From: Pirellula staleyi DSM 6068
Lineage (GTDB): Bacteria > Planctomycetota > Planctomycetia > Pirellulales > Pirellulaceae
Reading direction: 5' to 3'
Length of the DNA: 32,000 bases
NCBI GenBank assembly: GCA_000025185.1
Contig: CP001848.1
Location: 2,430,001 to 2,462,000, forward strand
The notes below the pieces were generated by a model. The model was not told where the DNA came from and made no database searches. It was given only the letters and a program-made list of their open reading frames with translations. How positions within the stretch are numbered: the first letter of the stretch is position 1; each line of letters begins with the position of its first letter. Shown here piece by piece: positions 1 through 7,303 of this stretch. Position numbers and translations under genes: made by a program.

Positions 1-1
1 T

Positions 2-634
2 TCCCCGTTTGGCGAAGAGGTGGTGCTGGAGATGAATCGTCTCGGGATGCTCGTCGATCTGTCGCACGTATCCGACGCCACGATGCGCGACGCCCTGACG
101 ATTTCTCGGGCACCGGTGATCTTTTCGCATTCGTCGGCCCGCGCGATTGCCAATCATCCGCGGAACGTCCCCGACGATGTGCTCAAGCTTGTACGCGAGA
201 AACAAGCGGTCGTGATGGTCAACTTCTTTCCCGGTTTTGTTGTCCCCGAATCAGCCGAAATCATGAAGGAACTCTTCAAGGTATCGCGAGCACTGCGGGC
301 TGAGTTTCCGATGGAAAGCGACTACCGCCGCGAACGCCGCAAGTGGGAAGCGACGCACCCTTATCCAGCGGGCGATATTCATCACGTGATCGACCACATC
401 ATGCACTTGGTGAAAGTGGCCGGGGTCGATTGCGTCGGTATTGGGAGCGACTACGACGGGATTACGAAAGTGCCGAAGCAACTCGAAGATGTTTCGACCT
501 ATCCGCTGATCACCGAGGCGCTGCTCGAGCGCGGGCTAGAGCCAGCCGATATCGAAAAGATCATGCACGGGAACGTGCTTCGCGTGATGCGAGCGGCTGA
601 AGAAACGGCACGCTCGCTGAATGCGGCTCGCTGA
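2..634 (+). CDS. Membrane dipeptidase, peptidase family M19 (renal-dipeptidase-like); 5' end lies outside the window
   Basis: The reading frame of track ORF 20..634 stays open back to the window edge ([25 protein letters not shown]...). The motifs [24 protein letters not shown] and GIGSDYDG are characteristic of M19 dipeptidases. The frame ends in TGA at 632-634. Confidence 0.85.
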   Translation, partial: SPFGEEVVLEMNRLGMLVDLSHVSDATMRDALTISRAPVIFSHSSARAIANHPRNVPDDVLKLVREKQAVVMVNFFPGFVVPESAEIMKELFKVSRALRAEFPMESDYRRERRKWEATHPYPAGDIHHVIDHIMHLVKVAGVDCVGIGSDYDGITKVPKQLEDVSTYPLITEALLERGLEPADIEKIMHGNVLRVMRAAEETARSLNAAR

Positions 635-661
635 TGTTTAGAGAGCCGCAAGCGGTGCGAT

Positions 662-3421
662 TTATCGGCGCCGTTTGAGGACGCCGAGCGATCTATCTTC
701 TGCAAGCAGATCGACGGCCCACTGGTCGACGTATGAAGCCAGCGAACTACTGCCACTAAGGGCGAGCCACTCGGCATCGTCGTCGGTTAGCGGAAGTGTT
801 AGTTCGCTAGTTGCAGCCGAGGAAGTGACCGGAATCGCGAGGAGCAGATCATAAACCTCGGCCGAAGGTTCTCCTTCGCCAGCTGGTCCGCCGGGCAATT
901 CGATGATCGTTCCGCTGGAACCACCACCCGACGATCCACCACCGCTACCCGAGCCACCATCTCCAGTGCCGCCTTCGCCTGTCCCACTGCCGCCGGTTCC
1001 ACCGTCGCCAGTTCCGCCGTCGCCAGTTCCGCCGTCGCCGGAACCGTTATTGCCACCTTCATCTGGCGGCTCTGATTCACCGACGATAGCCGGGGTCGAG
1101 CCATTGAGATTCAGGTGGTTGATCACCAGCAGAGCGTCGAACGGAGTGCAGCGACCATCGTTGTTGACATCGATGAAGTAGTTGCCGTCGGGCCGAATCG
1201 CTGGGAGTGTGGGGTTTTGACCGTACTGGTTGAGCCAGTTGATGACCAGCAGCGCATCGAACGGGGTGATGTAGCGATCGTCGCTGACGTTCAGTGGATC
1301 GAAAGGATTGGTCCAAGGATTGCCCGGAGGAGCAAAACCAAAGTTCACATCGCTCGTCGTTTCCCCGGCGCTCACGATCACTTCCGCTTCGGAGCCGAGA
1401 GCGGTAGTCGGTTCGTACGTGGGGAGAACTTCGATGGCAACGTTGAACGTTCCCGAAGGAAGGAGCGGCAGCACATACGCGCCGTTGGCGTCGGTGACTG
1501 TCGAAGTCGCCGGGCCCACTTCGAGCGAATCGAGCACCACTTCGGTACCCATGTGACCGCGAGCAATCACGTAGCTGATGTCGGCGTCGGGACGCTCGAT
1601 ACGCATCACTTCGCTGCTGCTGCCAGTGAGCTCGCTCGTGGTGTAACGTTCGATCAGCTTGCCGGTGGCGTCGTACGCTTCCAGGCGTCCGTAGCTGGCC
1701 GTTCCGCCGCTATAGGCCTTGATGCTGACACTCGACTGCGGAGTATCGAATTCGATTTTCAGAAAGCGGGTGGAGCTCCAGGTTTCGCGAACGTTGCCGA
1801 ACACGGCGCTACGTCCACCAAAAACCTTGCCAGCCGAGGGCTGAATCGTCGCCACCACCGCAGTAACATCGCGGTTCGAGGCGAGCGAATCGCCACCTTG
1901 AACGCTCAGGCGGATTCCGGCGAGCTGCGTCGACAGGACGTGGCTGTTGGCATAGTCGTTCGGCTCGAGCACGTGCGACAGCTGCAGCGGTTGACCTAGG
2001 TCGTCGACCAGGCGAACATTCCAGCCCGCGAGTGGCGATTCACCCACATCCCAGGTGCCGCTGTCGTTGTCGTCGCGATACAGGTAGCCAGCGATGCCAC
2101 TCTCGGTGTAAGCCGACGAGCCACGCGTGCTGGCGATGAATTCGGGGGACATGGCCCCGGTCACGGTGTCGTGCGTACGAATGCGGATTTCGTGATCGCC
2201 CGAAGGAACGGGAAACGACAGGTCGAGCGACGTGGAATAGAGATTTTCGTAGGTCGCGGCGACTTGCCACGGGCCGTTGTCGATCGCGTATTCAGCCACG
2301 CGAATCTTGTTGATCGTGATGTCGTTACCCAGGCCGCTCGTATTGAGGTTGGCAAGCGTTTCGACCGAGCTGGCGCCCTTGAAGTTGTACATGCCGGTGG
2401 AAGCGTTGTACGATCCCGACCCCGACAGGGAAAACGGCACGTCGAGCACATCGAAGATTCCATCGCCGTCGGAATCTTGCCAGCCGATCATCTGTTTCGA
2501 AGCGTCGCTGGTGGTGAAGCTGTTATAAGCCTGCGTCAAACCTGGATCGTTCGACATCAAGCTCGGCTGCTGCGAGAAACCGGGAGTTGGGTTCTCGGCA
2601 GAGTTCACGTTTTGCGTGTTGTAGTAACCGCGTTTGGCACTGTAGTTGCCGAGCCCGGCATACTCGTCGAGTGCCCAGAACTGATGCCCAATCTCGTGGG
2701 CAAAGATGCTGGCAGGTCGGCTGGCGAGAACGACTGCGAATCGACCGCCGGCATAAGCAAACGATCGATCGAATGCGCCGCTGGGGTCGAACTGCTTGTC
2801 GGCGTCGTTGGTGTCGTTCACCACGAACAGGGTGAAGGCCCAATCGCTGCCAGTTCGCTCGCGCTGAAAATTGTTGAACGTCCGGATGTCGGTGCTGAAG
2901 TTCCCCGAGATCGGAAGCCCGGTGGTGTTCAGAAAGTCGTAGATCCAGAGTGCAAAGTCGTTGCTCGGACGAGCGATTGGCTCGTAGCCTGTCGGAACGG
3001 GGCTATCGGCGTAGGTGAAATCGACGGAGTAGTCGAGCAGTCCGTCCCGCACGTTGGGATCGGTGTCGAGCGTCTGTTCCCACCAATTGGTCGCCTCGAT
3101 CACTTTGTTCTTCACACTCGAAATGAGCGTGGAGTTCCAGTTCTCGGGGATGTAGTTGAAATTGTACGCGCTGCCACCGGTCGGGGTGATGCGAACCACG
3201 CCGTTATCGCCGGGAGACATCGTCGGCGTCGATTCCATCAGGACGACGGTGACATGCACTTTGCCAAGCATGTATTCGCCGGTGTCGGCAGCGGTGGCGC
3301 CGTACGGAAGCGAGGCCATCATCGAGCGGTCTTCCAGACGCTCCAGCAGAGCGCGACGAAGCCGCGGCGCAGCCGAATGGCGCTTGTTTTTCTCGCTGAA
3401 GCCTGGGGAGAGTCCAAACAT
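662..3421 (-). CDS. Large secreted protein: zincin-like HExxH domain (M64-like HExGHxFxxLDEY pattern), two SdrD-B/Cna-B-like modules, two dockerin-type Ca-binding repeats, Gly-rich linker and acidic C-terminal tail
   Basis: The ORF is open over 662..3532. The ATG at 3421 (MFGLSPGFSEKNKRHSAAPRLRRALLERLEDRSMMA) is the more likely start, because it places the planctomycete-type 'LEDR' leader at the N-terminus. Supporting motifs are FAHEIGHQFWALDEY, GYLYRDDNDSGTWDVGESPLAGWNVRL, TDANGAYVLPLLPSGTF, and the dockerin-like pair NVSDDRYITPFDALLVINWLN / DVNNDGRCTPFDALLVINHLN. I am confident this is a real CDS. The start codon and protease family are uncertain. Confidence 0.8.
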   Translation of the reverse strand: MFGLSPGFSEKNKRHSAAPRLRRALLERLEDRSMMASLPYGATAADTGEYMLGKVHVTVVLMESTPTMSPGDNGVVRITPTGGSAYNFNYIPENWNSTLISSVKNKVIEATNWWEQTLDTDPNVRDGLLDYSVDFTYADSPVPTGYEPIARPSNDFALWIYDFLNTTGLPISGNFSTDIRTFNNFQRERTGSDWAFTLFVVNDTNDADKQFDPSGAFDRSFAYAGGRFAVVLASRPASIFAHEIGHQFWALDEYAGLGNYSAKRGYYNTQNVNSAENPTPGFSQQPSLMSNDPGLTQAYNSFTTSDASKQMIGWQDSDGDGIFDVLDVPFSLSGSGSYNASTGMYNFKGASSVETLANLNTSGLGNDITINKIRVAEYAIDNGPWQVAATYENLYSTSLDLSFPVPSGDHEIRIRTHDTVTGAMSPEFIASTRGSSAYTESGIAGYLYRDDNDSGTWDVGESPLAGWNVRLVDDLGQPLQLSHVLEPNDYANSHVLSTQLAGIRLSVQGGDSLASNRDVTAVVATIQPSAGKVFGGRSAVFGNVRETWSSTRFLKIEFDTPQSSVSIKAYSGGTASYGRLEAYDATGKLIERYTTSELTGSSSEVMRIERPDADISYVIARGHMGTEVVLDSLEVGPATSTVTDANGAYVLPLLPSGTFNVAIEVLPTYEPTTALGSEAEVIVSAGETTSDVNFGFAPPGNPWTNPFDPLNVSDDRYITPFDALLVINWLNQYGQNPTLPAIRPDGNYFIDVNNDGRCTPFDALLVINHLNLNGSTPAIVGESEPPDEGGNNGSGDGGTGDGGTGDGGTGGSGTGEGGTGDGGSGSGGGSSGGGSSGTIIELPGGPAGEGEPSAEVYDLLLAIPVTSSAATSELTLPLTDDDAEWLALSGSSSLASYVDQWAVDLLAEDRSLGVLKRRR
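959..1048 (-). repeat. In-frame 15-nt tandem repeat encoding the (GGTGD)n Gly-rich linker of the dockerin protein
   Basis: The units gtcgccagttccgcc at 1004-1018 and 1019-1033 are identical. Diverged units flank them (e.g. gtcgccggaaccgtt at 1034-1048). The minus-strand translation is GDGGTGDGGTGDGGTGGSGTGEGGTGDGG. Confidence 0.8.
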
Positions 3422-3656
3422 AGGAATAGTTACCGCTCTGCCGCGAATCGCTTGCCACCACTCTGTTCCGGAGAAAGGTAGCAAAACTCTAGTGGCAATC
3501 TCGATGAACTGCACGATCCCTCGGCAGACCAAGTTGTATGGTACTTGCCCGGTGCAGCGGGCTCAACAAATTGGCGCGATTCGATCCCCAGAATTCACAG
3601 AATGATTCGATCGTAGCGATCGTGCGTGTAAGTTCCTTCGAAAATTACGCTTACGA

Positions 3657-4586
3657 CTACTTCTTCAAAGCCTCGATCGCCTCGGTCAGGGGTGTTCGAA
3701 CGCTGCTATCCTTCACCTGCTCGGCCAATTTCTCGGCCTGAGCCAAATGTTTACCCGATTCGGCCGTCAGTTTGGCCGTTTTCGTTTTTTGAGCTAAACG
3801 CAGGTAGGCATAGGCTTTACTTTCAGCCGACTCGATCGCCGAGGCGGCCTGTTCTGCCTCGCTGAAAACTCCAGCTGCCAGCTCGCTCATTCCGGCAATC
3901 GCCATTCCAGCTGCCAGCTCGCACAGGCAGTCCGATTTTTCACGCTGGTCGGCTGAGCCTCGCACTTTGGCCAAGCTGGCCTCGAAAACACGGTTTGCGT
4001 CGTCCGAACGTTCGATCTTGCAATAACTTGCGCCAATTTTGGCGTCGGCCACGGCCCGCGTCAGAGGGGCCGGGAGCGACTCGGCTGCTTCCTCGGCATT
4101 GCGGAGGTATTCAGCAGCTGCATCGACGTTTTTCAGGTACAGCTTGGTGTTGGTGGCCACTTCGGCGAGCACCGGAATACGGGCATCGGCGTCGGGAATC
4201 TCTTTCGAGGTGGCTGCGGCCTCTTTCAGCAGCTCTTTGATTTTGTCGCTCGACATCTCGAGTTTGCCAGCGGCGGCTGCCACTGTCACCAAGGTGTTTG
4301 CCTTGCTCACCGGGTCGGCAATGCTGCGGGCTGCTTCGCTGGCGGAAGCGATCGAGGCATCCGCCCCCATGATGTCGCCCGCTTCTTTCTGCTTGGGAGC
4401 CAGTTGTGCCAGTTTGCGGCTCTTCACCCCAGCATCACTGATTTTCAGAGCCGCTGTGTACTGATCGTTCAGCGAAGCTTCCCCACTTCCACCACCACCG
4501 CAGCCTGTCAGCGAAATCGAGCCGCCGACTGTCGCAAGCACGAGTGTCATCAACGAAATCGAACGAACAGCGTAGGCCATCGACAT
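3657..4586 (-). CDS. Lipoprotein with Ala-rich helical repeats (function unknown)
   Basis: The N-terminus MSMAYAVRSISLMTLVLATVGGSISLTGCGGGG carries a signal peptide and an L-T-G-C lipobox. The rest is Ala/Glu/Lys-rich with a recurring ~33-36 aa pattern (e.g. SEAARSIADPVSKANTLVTVAAAAG, KEAAATSKEIPDADARIPVLAEVATN, SEAEQAASAIESAESKAYAYLRLAQ). The codon usage matches the neighbouring genes. Confidence 0.7.
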   Translation of the reverse strand: MSMAYAVRSISLMTLVLATVGGSISLTGCGGGGSGEASLNDQYTAALKISDAGVKSRKLAQLAPKQKEAGDIMGADASIASASEAARSIADPVSKANTLVTVAAAAGKLEMSSDKIKELLKEAAATSKEIPDADARIPVLAEVATNTKLYLKNVDAAAEYLRNAEEAAESLPAPLTRAVADAKIGASYCKIERSDDANRVFEASLAKVRGSADQREKSDCLCELAAGMAIAGMSELAAGVFSEAEQAASAIESAESKAYAYLRLAQKTKTAKLTAESGKHLAQAEKLAEQVKDSSVRTPLTEAIEALKK

Positions 4587-4767
4587 AGCGCACCTCGAGT
4601 GGGGCAGTCACGAAAAGGATGTGGGGAGATTAGTAGCAGTTGCCAGAGGAGTCGTCAAACAAGTCGCCCAGTACCAGGGCTTATAAGTTTGGAAAAGAAT
4701 TGACTTATAAGCCCCGAACAACCCAGTCACAGAATAGATTGGGTTCTAACTCACAAGTGTGGTGATC

Positions 4768-6012
4768 TTAAAACACCAAGCGGCACTGCTTCAGGCGTTC
4801 TTCAGCCACGGCCATCAGTTGGTCTTCGGCTGCTTCATCAGCTGCCTCGTAGGTGACCGAGAACCGCAAGAACGGACCAGCATCGTCCCATGGCACGGTG
4901 ACAATCGAATGCTGAGTGATGAAGTACTGGCTGGCAGCTTCGGCGTTCTCGAATTTTTCGCCCGTTGCGAGCCCCTTCGGCGCTGGGGTGTAGAGGAAGT
5001 AAGTTCCCCCCGGCATTTCGCACTTGAATCCGCAGCGCGTGAGCATTTCGACCAGTTTTTCAAGGCGTCGGCGATACTTTTCACGCACGCGGTGCGGGAT
5101 CGAATCGTCGTCGAGAGCGGCTGCAGCAGCGTTCTGAATTGCGCCGAACTGACCACTGTCGCTATTGTCCTTGACGTCGGCAAACGCGCGAACCACACGT
5201 TCGTGGCCGCAGACCCATCCGATGCGCCAGCCGATCATGTCGAAGCCCTTCGAGAGGGAGTGGATTTCGACACCCACATCGAGTGCTCCGGGGACCTGCA
5301 AAAAGCTCATCGGCGGGCCATCATAAGTCAGCATGATATGGGCCGCATCTTGCACCACTACAAACGAGTGCTTTTTGGCCAGCTCAATCACCTGCTCATA
5401 AAACTCGCGAGTGGCGGTTTTTCCGGTGGGGCTGTTGGGATAATTGATCACCAGCAGTTTGGTCTTTTCCCAGATGTCGGCGGGAATCGACTTGAAGTCG
5501 GGATAGAAATCGTTCTCGGCCAGAAGTGGCAAGCGATACACACTGCCGCCGTAGTAACGCGTGTGGGTGCCAGCCACGGGGTAGCCCGGCACGGTCATCA
5601 GCGTCACATCGCCTGGGTTGATGAAGCAGGCGGGGAGCATGGCGAGAGCCGGCTTGCTGCCGATGCAGTGGTTCACCTGCGTCATCGGGTCGAGTTCGAC
5701 GTCGAAGTTGCGGTGCATGAACCGGGCGACCGCTTCTTTGAAGGCGGTGTTGCCGTTGTCCATGTAGCCACGATTTTCGGGGAGCCCCAGTTCGTGGACC
5801 ATTCGTGCCCGAACCGACTCGGCTGCCATGGCGTCGTTTTCGCCAATTCCGAAGTCGACCAGCGACCGCTGTGGAAACTCGGCCAAGGCCCGCCGCTTGG
5901 CCCGTTTGATCTTCTCGAACTTATAGATTTCGGTTCCCTTGCCGTAGTTGGCACCACCGATTCGTTCTGCAAACAGCGTTTGAAAGTACGGGTCGCTCAT
6001 CAGCCGAAACAC
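4768..6012 (-). CDS. PLP-dependent aminotransferase, class I/II fold (LL-diaminopimelate / aspartate aminotransferase-like)
   Basis: This is a 414-aa ORF with the SLSKGFDMIGWRIGW motif (SxSK PLP-lysine motif). It also has VINYPNSPTG and an N-terminal FAERIGGANYGKGTEIYKFEKIKRAK segment, which I recall from DapL-annotated aminotransferases. The fold assignment is firm. The substrate assignment is tentative. Confidence 0.8.
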   Translation of the reverse strand: MFRLMSDPYFQTLFAERIGGANYGKGTEIYKFEKIKRAKRRALAEFPQRSLVDFGIGENDAMAAESVRARMVHELGLPENRGYMDNGNTAFKEAVARFMHRNFDVELDPMTQVNHCIGSKPALAMLPACFINPGDVTLMTVPGYPVAGTHTRYYGGSVYRLPLLAENDFYPDFKSIPADIWEKTKLLVINYPNSPTGKTATREFYEQVIELAKKHSFVVVQDAAHIMLTYDGPPMSFLQVPGALDVGVEIHSLSKGFDMIGWRIGWVCGHERVVRAFADVKDNSDSGQFGAIQNAAAAALDDDSIPHRVREKYRRRLEKLVEMLTRCGFKCEMPGGTYFLYTPAPKGLATGEKFENAEAASQYFITQHSIVTVPWDDAGPFLRFSVTYEAADEAAEDQLMAVAEERLKQCRLVF

Positions 6013-6460
6013 TCGCTAGAGAAAGAAGTTACGGCACCCACGGTGCCTCCGCTAGCGGCTCGCAACAGACCTTCCGCTAGACCTCCCACTCTATCCGCTC
6101 CCCCGCCCCGAGAAAACTAGGGAGCGGTGGAGGCGCGAAAGGAGTGCAAATGCCGCAGCAAGCATGATCACGTGCCAAACTGGATGTAACGATGTCTGGT
6201 TGCGTTGACCTCGCCTAGGTATCTATCGCTCTACGCCTGTCGGGGTCTAGTTTTCAGCGTGGCATTATCCGTGATCTGGTGGAATTTAGAGCAAAAAAGA
6301 ACCTAGATTGAGGTTGAAGTTGAAGGCTGGGAGATTGTTCCCCTCGCACACTTGTAGCAAGACCTCTTGCTTAAATGGTCGACATCTTTTTGAGTCGGTC
6401 TAAAAAGTGGGTGGTGTCGCTAGTGTTTCAATAGATGAGAGACTGAAGAAATTGGTGTTC

Positions 6461-7303
6461 CTATTTGCGTATTGTGTCTAAAACGGTAATTTGATATGTC
6501 TGATAAACAAGCCAAGACGCAAGTGCCAGGGCTACTAGATGAATGCAGCAAATGTGATGTTGTTGAGTGTTGAAAACGATCGAAAGTTTGCGATCGAGCT
6601 TTGCCTCCGAGGTGTCGCTTTTGCGTGCGTAGGCTTTCATGGGATGTTTGTGGTTCAACAATCCTAGGGTCATTCCGATTTCGAATAGTAGTGATGAGAT
6701 TAGGAAGAAGGAGGCAAAAAACAATATGACTAAAAAAATGACGTCGTCGCTTTGAGTGTGGTGTGCGTAGTGTGCTTTTGTTGTTTTGGGTAGCTTTGCT
6801 TCGATATGCTGGTGGCATTTAGAGATAAATATCCAGAGCGTTGTAGCTCCAAAAAGAAAGTGTACAAGTGCTATTACCCAGCTCTGCTTGTACCACCAGT
6901 ATTTGCATTCTGTAAAATAGACGATTTGATCATCCAGCCATCTTAGACCTTCGTGGCAATAGCGATCAAAAGTTCTGAAGCTATACATCAAGTATAGGCT
7001 AGCCATAGTAAGAATTAGAGTAGTTACAGCAATCGCATGTGATTCGACTTCTGATTCGGCCTGCCGCACTAGCAACGCTGTAATACCAGCACCAAGAAAG
7101 GCAATTGTTGCCCAGTGAAGAGTGTCGTAGTGCCTGCACCATTGGTGAAGCTCAGTCGACATCTGAGAGAAATCATGCTGGTCAAAGTTGCGGTCAGGGC
7201 GCGCAGGCGGTTCTCCTGTTGGGCCCCCGATTCGCCTGTTTGGTGGGGGTGGAGAGCCGTCTCGTTCAGAAGAGGAGCCTGGAGTGTGTTGGTCGCAGGG
7301 CAT
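6461..7303 (-). CDS. Orphan polytopic membrane protein (about 5 predicted TM helices) encoded in a low-GC islet
   Basis: The ORF is 280 aa, with an alternative ATG at 7162 giving MSTELHQWCRHYDTLHW... Hydrophobic segments are WATIAFLGAGITALLV, AIAVTTLILTMASLYLMYSF, WVIALVHFLFGATTLWIFI, VIFLVILFFASFFLISSLLFEIGMTLGLL and ICCIHLVALALASWLVY. It has AT-rich codon usage, unlike all neighbours. I recognise no family. Confidence 0.55.
   Translation of the reverse strand: MPCDQHTPGSSSERDGSPPPPNRRIGGPTGEPPARPDRNFDQHDFSQMSTELHQWCRHYDTLHWATIAFLGAGITALLVRQAESEVESHAIAVTTLILTMASLYLMYSFRTFDRYCHEGLRWLDDQIVYFTECKYWWYKQSWVIALVHFLFGATTLWIFISKCHQHIEAKLPKTTKAHYAHHTQSDDVIFLVILFFASFFLISSLLFEIGMTLGLLNHKHPMKAYARKSDTSEAKLDRKLSIVFNTQQHHICCIHLVALALASWLVYQTYQITVLDTIRK

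Noticed and set aside
662-880. C-terminal tail of the giant protein as a PEP-CTERM or other sortase-type anchor (it ends in ...GVLKRRR)
   Set aside because: There is no PEP-like tripeptide followed by a hydrophobic transmembrane stretch. The tail is acidic and amphipathic. Only the terminal basic cluster matches.
1115-3481. ORFs 1115..1999 (+, 294 aa) and 2171..3481 (+, 436 aa), together with 10287..11219 (-) and 11024..11779 (-) elsewhere
   Set aside because: All are antisense to, or overlap, well-supported genes (the dockerin protein, the alpha/beta hydrolase, the MDR dehydrogenase). All translate to Arg/Val/Gly-rich sequences without domains.
4759-6120. 453-aa plus-strand ORF
   Set aside because: It is antisense to the aminotransferase gene, which carries the SxSK PLP motif. 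The ORF has no recognisable domain. It is a shadow ORF.
6013-6200. Lysine riboswitch or T-box upstream of the DapL-like aminotransferase
   Set aside because: I could not find the conserved L-box or T-box sequence cores. Only generic hairpins are present, and these are reported separately at low interest.
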